Assembly: GCF_964355755.1 (NCBI RefSeq)
Contig: NC_092671.1
Coordinates: 2,294,001 to 2,358,000, forward strand
DNA length: 64,000 nucleotides
Source: Antedon mediterranea
Lineage: Eukaryota > Animalia > Echinodermata
Direction: 5' to 3'
Position 1 is the first letter of the stretch, and each line of letters starts with the position of its first letter. Below the pieces are notes generated by a model. That model saw nothing but the letters and a program-made list of their open reading frames with translations, was not told the DNA's origin and made no database searches. Both the position numbers and the translations under genes were made by a program. Positions 16,381 through 26,818 of the stretch are shown here, piece after piece.

Positions 16381-17265
16381 ATACAAATATATAATACTGT
16401 AAATATAACAAAATAATGACAAGAGGATAACCCTATCAGTACTGTATACTGTAAGCTCAAAAGCTTGTTTTAAACAATTTATGCAATTAAGATCCTACCG
16501 TAGTACAGTATAGCCAATCGAAAGCTCCCTATTATAGGAGACAGTACTCTACTCCAACTCACTACTACAGTACTGTCCACAACAATCTTTCATAATAAGG
16601 TTGAAAGGTTACAATTTGCAATTCATCAACATTCAGATATTGCAACCTCCAGGGCCTGTGAAATTAGCTCAATTTTGTCAGGGTACCATTTTTCTAATTC
16701 TGTTACATCACCTATGGGTGTTCACAAATCAGGTTAATATCGACTCACACTTCAATATAACAAACATATGAGACTATCTAATGAAAATGTGTTCTCCACA
16801 GCGTGAAAGCAGAAACCCTAAATAAATTATCAATTTCTGTTATATAGTAGAGTAGACAGAATACAGTACTGTAGAATACATTCCATATGTTTTCAATGTG
16901 TTGTGGAGATGGAGTGGTTAACCAACATGGGGTCTACTGGTAGGAAAATAAACTGGCAATCAAAACCAACACAAAGTAATTTAGGTAATATTAATAATAA
17001 TACATTACACTGCACTACTGTAATACTGTACAAATTATGCATTCTTTTTTGTAGTAAAAAATACAAATCAATTTGAAGGCAACTGTACTTTTAAACTCTT
17101 ACCATATTATCATCATCTGCAGTGCATTTAATATACATACAAGAATACATATGTTAAACCATTCATTAGTAGAAGCCAAAGTGGCAACATGGGCTAATTA
17201 ATATTATTGCAATTAATGTATGAATTTACAAAATCAATAAATACAGTAAGTACACAGCATCTGTT

Positions 17266-17798
17266 GGGTATTGCTAAACACCGCAAACCCCCGCAAACCT
17301 AAAAAAAAACATAGCAAACCCCATCGAACCAACATAAAAGTGATTGAATCATGTAGTGTACAACCCACTGGGTATATCCATGTAAAAAAAATATTAAATT
17401 TCTACTGTTAACCACTTATTTTTGGGGTAAAACATCATTTTTTGGTAAAAAATGATTGCTAATTTGTAACCAAAAAATTATGTTTTATCCCCAAAAATAA
17501 GTAGTTAACAGTAGAAATTTAATAATACCCAGTGGGTCGTACACTACATTATTCAATCACTTTTATGTTGGTTCGGTGGGGTTTGCTATGGTTTTTTGGA
17601 GGTTTGCGGGGTTTAGCAATCATTTTTGACCAAAAAATGATGTTTTACCCCAAAAATAAGTTGTTATCAGTAGAAATTTAATTTTTTTTTACATTGATAT
17701 ACCCAGTGGGTTGTACACTACATGATTCAATCACTTTTATGTTGGTTCGATGGGGTTTGCTATGTTTTTTTGTAGGTTTGCGGTGTTTAGCAATACCC
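17266..17798. mobile_element. Non-autonomous DNA transposon with GGG termini and an 8-bp TSD (Merlin- or MULE-like)
   Basis: TIR GGGTATTGCTAAACACCGCAAACC at both ends; perfect TSD CATCTGTT at 17258-17265 and 17799-17806; built from one forward and two reverse ~175-bp units. Related fragment at ~56360-56420. Confidence 0.9.
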
Positions 17799-19897
17799 CA
17801 TCTGTTCAATTTGGTTGAACATAAATTCTTCTTATTGCTATCAGTGTCATTTCCCTACCTGTTGTACTGTACTGTAATGAGTATTTTGACCAATATCCAT
17901 CCAGTAATTTACAATATTATATACAGTAGATTTGAGAAACTAAATATGTGTAAATATGATGGTTTGATAAGAGGCCTAAAGCTGTGTATACTAAAAAAAG
18001 TGTGATGTGAGAAAATATGGTAGTGATATTAAATCATCATGTCCATATATGGGCACATTACATTTTGTGGTTTGATAAACAAGAGGCCCTAAAGCTCTGT
18101 TTATACTTAAAAATATCACATCACATTTGTTGTCACATAAAGTTTGATTTACATTTACTGTAAGATACTGTATACTGTTTAGTAGGGCCAGATTTTGATA
18201 AATTTATTCATTCCACAAAAAAGCTAGTTTTGAAATGTTCAACTAGCTAAGTGATTACTGTATGAATAAATCTAGCAAATTGCTTACTAGGGTGAATTTA
18301 AAGCCGTAAATCGTGTAAAGAATATCCACTGAATTTGAAGAAATGTGAAATTTAGTTCAAGGCCAAGAATTGGAGACTTAAAACGATTAATTTACAAACT
18401 AAAAGGATTTCATTTTCAGATTTAAGAATCAAATTGTAAGATGTTTTAATTTCCTGAGGGCAAATTGCTGAAAACACTTTGCACTGTGGGAAGGAAAACA
18501 CTTTGCACTGTGGGAAGGCTGAATAGAGCTTCAGTAACATTCACTGTAAAATAAACTTTCTACTGTACATAAAATTTATACTTAATGTACCTACTTCTTG
18601 ATTATTGTGAACATTATAAAAAAGCAAAAAAAACAAAAACACTGATTCATACAGAATGTACAGTATTGCAATAAAGTGGGCGATCTAGGATTTCTTTAAT
18701 TGGGGGAGCACTAAAACAATAATTTAGTCTGTCAAAAATATTCATAATTTTTATTTCATTTTAGGTGTCAAAGGACCCCCATAGCACTACTGCATAACTG
18801 CTTCTGCATCTTTGTGTAGATTATTGTTGAATAAAAAGCGATATGGAAGAAAAGTTTTTAAATGATAAAAAGTTTCCTCGACTGACAAACAAATAGCTTG
18901 ACATCTTGGGCATTTGTGTCTGCCACTATTTGTGGTACAGCGGAAAAATACTCTTGATTTTTTGTGTGACATAAACCATTATAAAAGGACGATTAAAGAA
19001 AAGGATGAATAACAATATAATGCAATAACTAATTACAGTTAAAACTGAGATTATTAACTTTATTATTTTGCATGCACTACATAAACATTTCATTTATAAA
19101 TGGAAATACAATAATAAAAACACCATTACCGTTACAAGTACTCGTTCTACCCAGCTGGGATAAGGCATTATAACAAAACATTTGTTAGATAGTCCCCCTT
19201 ATATTTATATTTAATTTAGGCAAGCCAAGGTTTATAAGCACTGTAATTTCCATTAATATTTTGGACAATAAATGAATCTGTATCTGTTGTATTTGTATAC
19301 ACAGTAAAGTAGATTCTACATTATTATACTGTAGGCAGAATGTAGATGTTTGCTCGTTTGTTTATTTGGATATGCACAGTACATTCCTAAACAGAACAGT
19401 TGGTAAGAGACTGGAGTGTGTGCTGTGGTGCGATACTGGCCACAGTAGGTCTCAAGTCCCATCATCTCCAAATCGTTTTCTTCATCATCATGTTAATCAG
19501 TGTAGTACTAGTAGTGACAACAGTGACAATGTATTTTATTTCAAGTCATCAATATAAGAATATATAATATTAATATGCATTGGCCTAGTCAAACACTGGA
19601 CGGAATCAGACATTATCGGTTGTACATAGGCCTAGGATTGTGAAATTGAACTAGACTACCATTTTGGCCTAGGCCTAGTATAGAGTAGACAAGCACACGG
19701 CCACGATGACCACGTACCCCTCATGAGAAGAAGCATTGACAGCTATTGTTTACAAAACATAGCAGACTATCGAGGGACAAAATGGACACTCGAATTTGAT
19801 GCAAATTTAAAGCATCTTATACTTGCTTAATTTACAAGAAAAACGAACAGTGTGTAACAAACAAATGTATCTATAATATGAAATTAAAAAAACTTAC

Positions 19898-19958
19898 AAT
19901 CAAGCCCATGAACACCCGTGGCAAAGATGATAAATATAAGTAGGCTGACCGTCGCCAT
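19898..19958 (-). CDS. First coding exon (signal peptide) of an unidentified secreted or membrane protein gene
   Basis: ATG GCG start gives MATVSLLIFIIFATGVHGLD (hydrophobic core, VHG cleavage-like site), followed by a canonical phase-1 GTAAGT donor. No downstream exon was confidently found in 1-19897. Confidence 0.65.
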
Positions 19959-21744
19959 TTCTATAGTTATCGCCTCGCTTTCACCACTGTATGACCTCAA
20001 ACAGTGGTTAAAGGTCATAAACCCCGACATATCGACGCCAGGGTCATCTTATCAGCAGAAAGCTGTATATAAAAACGCCGATATGTTGATGGCGTCCTTC
20101 TGATCTGTATAATAACATTTTCATGGCTCAACATTTATATAATAAATTTATTTTATAATATTAATATTAACAATATTAATTTTGTATAACGTGTAGATAG
20201 ATTGTGAGAAATAGTTTTGTACATTATAACTAAACTAAACATGGAGGTATCAGTTTTATACCTCCATGGTCCATGTATCGTGTCGCGCATCTCGTCGTAC
20301 GCACGTCCAGAAAGCGTAGACATAATACGCGTTTCCGGTATGGGTACGCTGTACGCGTATCCGATACGCCAGCGCGCGTAATCCAGTATGCGCTCGCGTT
20401 TCCGATTTTCACGATTATTTGATGAAATAAAACGTCTAATTAATAAAAATAATATCTGTAGCGCAATAAAACAAAATTAAACTTCATTCCCAACCATATT
20501 TCTACAAAGCCGTTTACAAGATTTTGCTCAAGTCGTTTCTAGACTTAAATTGCAAATCGATGCGATTTGAAGTTGATAAAATTTCGTAAATTATAAAAGC
20601 GGCTTAACAACAGTTGAGCTACTCAAAAGATTAATATGATAATTCCAAGAATTAAGGATTAAGTTATGACACTGTAATTAAGTTTCAGTTCTTGAGATCT
20701 TTTCAGGACTTTATTTTAAAAAATCGATTCGATTTTTCTTTGTATAATTATATAACATCTCCCATTTCAGTAATTTACCTTTTTAGAGGACATTTAAAAT
20801 ATTGATGGTTTTTAGCTCTTAATTTATTTGGGGTTGTAAAAGATTTAAACGGTGTATGCAGAGAGTTACCATTATAAAAATGTTACCATTGCTCTACTAT
20901 TTATTCGGTTTATTAGGCTTTTTTCTGGTTTATTTTACATCAAAATTTTCATTTTTACACTTGTGCCAAACAGTGCATAGAGTCTAGGCCTATTTGTATT
21001 TTGCGTTAAATACATTTAAAACCATTTATGTTACTTGTAATGTATTTTCCGTATGCCTCGGTTTTTGTAACATTTTTAGTTCATTTTAAATCTAATAGAA
21101 AAATGACACAGTTATACTCTGTCGTTGTGTCCAAAGGTCTTTTTAAGTATTTAAGGTTAGAGGGTTGAATAAATAGACAGTCTACAGACCAGGTTCTTCT
21201 GAACTTGGTTACTGGAGACAAAAGATGACCAGTTACATTTAAATTGTACAAATGAGTCATTGTCAGGCCCACGGTGACGTCCGCTAAACGTATCTTCAGG
21301 GATATTGACAAAATCTTTGGCGTCTCTTAGTCCACGATTTCAAGAAAAAAATTCAAATTCTTGAATATTCATGAAATATATGAATAAATATTTATAATAA
21401 TACTTTCAACGTTAATCTCTCACAGCACTTAAAGTTTTATCTAAAACTGAGATGATGCATCAACGTACAAACGTAATTGTATTGATGGAATATGTTGAAT
21501 TTGACCGTATTAGGTTAATAGATGGCAAACGTATACATTGTTGTTAATCACTGTTAGCACAATTCAGTCATCAATCTTGTTCAGGAATGGGGGTAAGAAC
21601 AAATATATTGAGAAGAAACGTTAATGTTGTTTCTAAGGAATTTGAAGCATCTCCACTAATAACGGTAAATAATGTAATGTGTAACGAATCAACGAAGACG
21701 TACGTCGTCGGGGAAGACGTACGTTCATTATTTTAATGTTAAGA

Positions 21745-21940
21745 ACGCAGCGCAACGTAACGCAGCGACGTATCGACGCAAAGTGGTGTATTGCTAATCA
21801 CAATTGGGAACAGATGATGAAACAGTGCTGGAAACATCGCAGGTTTGATTTCACGCAGGCCAGGCGAGGGAAAACACAATTATTGGAAGGGAATTTTCTT
21901 ACGTTGCCCAGGTTGCGTCGCTAGTGGGAACCAAGCTTTA
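21745..21940. mobile_element. Partial MITE (PIF/Harbinger-like end ...gtgggaaccaagcttta)
   Basis: CpG-rich aacgcag repeats. The terminus matches the reverse-oriented taagcttagttcccact...cgacgcaacgca at ~59555-59590. Confidence 0.5.
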
Positions 21941-22711
21941 AAAACTATATTGGTGTCAAAGGCTGTTTTCCACTAAGTACTGTATTAAATTTCGTCATAT
22001 GGGTGAATAAATTTGCATGGTTGAAGACTGGAATACATCAAAGTATCAATTTTTAAAAAATATGGATGATCTGTTGGTATATATCTATTCAGTAAGATTA
22101 TTTTTCAATATTGGGGACGTTATAAACAATTTGCAATGCAATAAATTAAAATTTTAAAACAGACAATTTCAAATATTTTTTTAAACAATTATCAGGAATT
22201 GTAATGGTTTATGCTTTCTTTAAGTTGTATAATTTGTAATTGATGAATAATAAATTAAAGCTAAACTATAGAACACGACAGGAATCATTCACATTTAATC
22301 AAGAAACAAATTAACAAAATGCTATCCTTATAATTGTCTATATTTAATAATCTCAGAACTTTCATTAAATGCAGTGAATAAGGTTCGATATAAATGTAAT
22401 AACAAATGAAATGTCAAATTTATGAGCCAATTATTACGACTTTATGAGAAAAATTTGACTTGTGTAATATGATTAAATCACAGCTATATTAAAATAAACT
22501 GAATCTTGTTGTTTTTTCTTTCTGTTTTAATTGGTTGACATTTGGTATAATTTAAAAAGCCTTTAATACAGTGGATAAAATTGTTTTTTTAAGGCTCCAA
22601 ATGTCTCTATCAAGAGGGAAAATAATTAAAACAATCCGGATGAGATCTATTCAGCTCTTTCATTCAAACTATTTAATTACACTTTCACATTTTAAATCTG
22701 TTCGTCCACCT

Positions 22712-25700
22712 TTACATCTGCGGTAAACTTAGTAAGGTTTGTTGTCCTGGAGGCAAATACGAGACGTTTCTTGAACGTGACATTTGGAACGCAATATCTT
22801 CGGCGGCCTCTAATTTACGAAGCTCTACCAAGCCTTCTCCAGCTTTGTTGAACGCGGTGGAGAGTAGTTTAGCTGCGATAGAATCACCTTCAGCTGTCGT
22901 GATAGCTGCACTTTTGACATGCTCAGCCTAGGGAGGTAAAATGTAGAAATTCACAAATAAAGCCTAACTCTATTTAGTGACAATTAATGTGACATTGTGT
23001 TGGGCCCAAAGGTGTCCCTTTGATAGGGGTTATAATGTATTATTTAAAAAAATTGTGAATGCCACTCAACCTCAAGATAATTTAAATAAATATACTTTTT
23101 TGCTCAGTAGAAAAATAATCTGTTTTCATTTAAAATTATCAATGGATTGACAGATATGAAACATCATTGCAAAAAAGGTATACTGAAAGTAGTGTATTAA
23201 AATTACAAGTAACTTATTATAATTAAATTAAGTTTTAACATCAGGAGTATCAAGTAAAGTTGTAATATCAGACATGAAATATACTAATACTTAGTATGCC
23301 TAGTGGTTGTAAATTCTCTCTAAAGCTCTGTGTACACTATCAAACTCTATGTGACAAAAAAAATGTGATGTGCCAATATATGGAAATGATGATATATCAC
23401 TACCATAATTGGGCACATCACTACCATATTTGGGCACATTTGTTGTCAAACTAGTTTGATAGTGTAGACAGAGCTTTACAACCCTTTTACGAGGTCACTT
23501 GCATAACATGTAATGAGTACATGGGGAAAAATTCACATCACACAGAGAAATCTTATTACCTTTTCTACCAAGAATCTGGCACGTTCTGCCTCTTGTTGTG
23601 CAACTTGTTTCATTTCAACGGCTTCTGTAAACTCTCTTCCAAATGACAAATGAGTCTAAAAAAATCAGTGGATATGACAATTATTACAAATTCAGCTTCC
23701 AAATACACAATTTCTTAAAAATGCGTTTATTGATTTTTTGTTCTATATCTATTATGTGTTAAATACAAATGCTGGTAAGATGTGAAATGTTCATTTCATT
23801 TATTTTGCCAGTCATAAATTAGATTACCAAAGAAATATCATCAAGAATGAGTCCGAACTGCCTAGCCCTTTCAGTAAGCTCTTCCTGAACGCGTTGCGAG
23901 ACAATTTCTCTCTGTGTGATCAGTTCACCAGCATCAAATTGTGCCTACAAAAATGGGACAAAATTTAACTAGGTTAATAAATAATGATTACCTGGAGAGA
24001 AATTGTGTTATAATACAGTAATTGTATATTTGCCCTGAACCCAAACTCTAGAGGGCACTATGATATTTCAAAATAATAATTATTTTCAAATAATATTTGT
24101 AAAATATATTAATTTAAAATTATAAGAACTAATCATTTTTCTGCTCAGTTAAAAAAGTATTTTTTTCATATATTTATCAATGGATTGACAGATTTATAAC
24201 ATCACTGCAGAAAACAAAAAGTAATCAATGTGGATTACAATTAGGAAGAATGTTCCCAAATATGGTAGTGATATGCTTAAATATGGTAGTGATATGACAT
24301 CATCATGTCCATATACGGGTACATCACATTTTTTTGTCACATAAAGTTTGATAGTGCAGACAGAGCTTAATGCATACAAAATAGCACCTACCACAACTGC
24401 TTTGAGGACTTCACTTGTGATGGATGGAAGTACTCTCTCATCATAATCTTCACCAAGACTCATGTACACTTTGGGTAGTTCAGGTGCCATAGGTCTGAAC
24501 AGGACACGTAGTGTGATGTTTACATTCTGCAAGTCTAGTACAGTGGCAGATAAATCAAAATGTTAAATACAATTTCATATATATTCTGAAATGATATATA
24601 TTATTAACAGTCCTTATTTTTTAAGGATGATAATGTGAAAATTCTCTAGAATTCTTTAGTAGGAGAGTAACTGTTCTCCTTTGAAATTTAAGGAGAGCAA
24701 TTTCAAGCTCTCCGACTTTTTACTTAAACGAATAAAGGACTGCATTTCTTATTGTTGATTTTATAATAAACACAAACTGAAGGTAAAATCATTAGGTTAA
24801 AATATTGGTTACTCCTCTATTGTTCATAATACTTAAAACCCAATTTAAGAATCTTATCTTTTTGGATAACATTTAGATTTCTGCTCAGAAATATAAGATT
24901 TGTTTTCATTGTTCAAATCAATGGATTGACAGATATAAAACATCATTGCAGAAATTTATATTTAACTAACAAGTAAAACATACTTAAAGATGTATTGTCT
25001 CCCAAAAACATAAAAAATGAAGATTAATTAAATCAGAATTTGAATATATTATTTTTTAGTTTTAATTAAGTTAATCATTTCCATAAGAAAAAAAAAATGA
25101 AAAAAATAATGTTTTCACTTGTAAAATGACAAAATAAATGGTTAAATTCAACCAAAAATCCATTGGCTGGCAGCCAATTTGACCATTTTTTTGGTTTAAA
25201 TTACATTTTGGTCAAAGTGGATAACTATTATGTTACATTAAAATGGAATATTCAACAACAATTTTTCAGGGGGACAATGCATCTTTAAATGTTTTACTTT
25301 ACTTATTCTAAAACTGTTTTAAACAAATTTAAACTTTAACATTTTGTTTCAACTTTATCAAGTCATAGTTCACCTTTGCTTCCTGTAACGACAGGAACGT
25401 TGCGGGGCCTTGAACGACAATCAAATATGATTGGACGCTGAACCCAGGGAATTAAAAAATGGGTCCCCTCGCCCATTACATAAGCTTTGACCCCTGAAAG
25501 TCTGTCAAAGATAACTGCACGATGCCCTCCATCAACTGAAAGACAAATATTAAAAAATTCAGCATCATTACAGATTTAATAATTAATGTATTTTTTCTCT
25601 AAATAGTAAAATTTAATAATTCTGCTCAGAAGGTAAAATTGTTTTCATGTAATTCTCACATCAATGGATTGACAGATATTAAACATCATTGCAGAATATA

Positions 25701-25933
25701 TTTATTTATTAAAATAAGAAAATATTCATCCAACATTTTTGCCTTAATAATACAAATTACAAAAAATACATAAGAAAATACATTTTTAACATTAAAATAA
25801 TATGATTCAAAATTAAAGTTTAAGAATTTAATTCACCATTATATAGGGCGGTATTTACAACACTACCAACTACAGCCACGCCAATACCAAGAGCTCCCAA
25901 CTGAGTAAACAACTTGTTCAGGGCTGCAGCCAT
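22712..25933 (-). CDS. PHB: Prohibitin-1 (mitochondrial SPFH/band-7 protein), 6 coding exons
   Basis: Exons 25837-25933, 25374-25535, 24392-24534, 23828-23944, 23560-23655 and 22712-22927, all GT-AG. Translation [13 protein letters not shown]...[16 protein letters not shown]...[18 protein letters not shown]...[13 protein letters not shown]...[19 protein letters not shown]...[21 protein letters not shown]. Confidence 0.97.
23098..23174 (-). ncRNA. SNORD110: Intronic box C/D snoRNA, SNORD110/HBII-55-like, copy 1 (PHB last intron)
   Basis: Minus strand: TTTTGC-aATGATGT (C box)...ATCTGTCAATCC-A-TTGA (guide + D')...ATGAAA (C')...CTGA (D)-GCAAAA. Terminal stem CTTTTTTGC/GCAAAAAAG. Confidence 0.85.
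23321..23478. mobile_element. Complete copy of the AAGCTCTGTCTACACTATCAAACT MITE
   Basis: Both TIRs intact (taaagctctgtgtacactatcaaact...agtttgatagtgtagacagagcttta). Confidence 0.9.
24138..24213 (-). ncRNA. SNORD110: Intronic box C/D snoRNA, SNORD110-like, copy 2
   Basis: TTTTCTGC-aGTGATGT...ATCTGTCAATCCATTGA...CTGA-GCAGAAAA. Confidence 0.85.
24878..24954 (-). ncRNA. SNORD110: Intronic box C/D snoRNA, SNORD110-like, copy 3
   Basis: ATTTCTGC-aATGATGT...ATCTGTCAATCCATTGA...ATGAAAAC...CTGA-GCAGAAAT. Confidence 0.85.
24988..25284. mobile_element. TTAA-flanked MITE (Kolobok-like, AG termini)
   Basis: TTAA|AGATGTATTGTC...GACAATGCATCT|TTAA. A second copy in opposite orientation lies at ~26936-27187 in an SSB intron. 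Confidence 0.75.
25619..25696 (-). ncRNA. SNORD110: Intronic box C/D snoRNA, SNORD110-like, copy 4
   Basis: ATTCTGC-aATGATGT-ttaat-ATCTGTCAATCC-A-TTGA...ATGAAAAC...CTGA-GCAGAAT; about 85 nt upstream of the 3' splice site. Confidence 0.88.
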
Positions 25934-26179
25934 GTGTTCGCCGCTGTCTTTTTCTGCACCAGGGTAGGCCTACCTGCAAGATATACAAAAAAAATGATGA
26001 AATCACTGAGTTTGGCCTGACTGCAAGAGCAGACGTCAGTAACAGGTTTACAAAGATTCGATCATTAATTATGGAACCTCTTAGACTTTATTAATGTCTA
26101 CTAGTCATTTACAATATATAAAATATCTGAAATTAACCCAAAATTAGCAATTACAGTAATGTTTTCTGACAAAAATTCT

Positions 26180-26770
26180 CTTCTTCTTCGCCGCCGACAG
26201 CACGTTGGATGAAAATAAACTGCGCAAACTCAATAATCTGACCTTTAAAATAATTGTTTATACTGCACTTATTTTATTCAGAAAATATTAATAATTAAGT
26301 ATAATATGAACAATATTCCATATAATATTTATTATACAGAAGGTGTAATTTTAGTGAGAGATATACCTAATTAATTAAATTTAATATTTCTACCTCTCAT
26401 CATAACTTTAATTTATTTTTAGAGATGACCTTTTCTTTTCCCACATGTGTTTCCTTCTTTTTAGTTAACGTTTGTTGACATCAGACTGATGCAATTAACT
26501 AGCAATATTTCTTTTATATAAACCAACATTTTAAGTTTTTGTTTCAATTTATTATTGTATTGTGAAGAACTGAAGTTTATCAAGTCGTGTTTTAAGGTAA
26601 GAATGTTTGTGTAGGCCAATAATAAATGCTCAACATTTAACATTCTAAACAACGCGACAGTTAGGCTGCAGGGCGATTGATTGGTGGATAAGTAGACTCC
26701 TCGGTCACACGGTGTAGTGTGATGGAATTTCCGTGTAGTGTGGTTTGATGTAAGCATGGTCTGGGCCTAG
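26180..26770. promoter_or_regulatory. Shared/divergent promoter region of PHB and SSB
   Basis: Start codons are only ~890 bp apart head-to-head. CpG-containing patches at ~26190 and 26650-26760, CCAAT motifs (ggccaat ~26614, attgg ~26680) and an ETS-like ttccg motif at ~26729. Confidence 0.55.
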
Positions 26771-26818
26771 AAGTTTTTTTTATTTAAACTTTTTTTTAGT
26801 GTGGTAGAATCATTTATT

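Noticed and set aside
23140-23156. 18S rRNA fragment (GGATTGACAGAT) as an rRNA pseudogene
   Set aside because: Only 12 nt match, embedded in C/D boxes on the opposite strand; it is a snoRNA guide.
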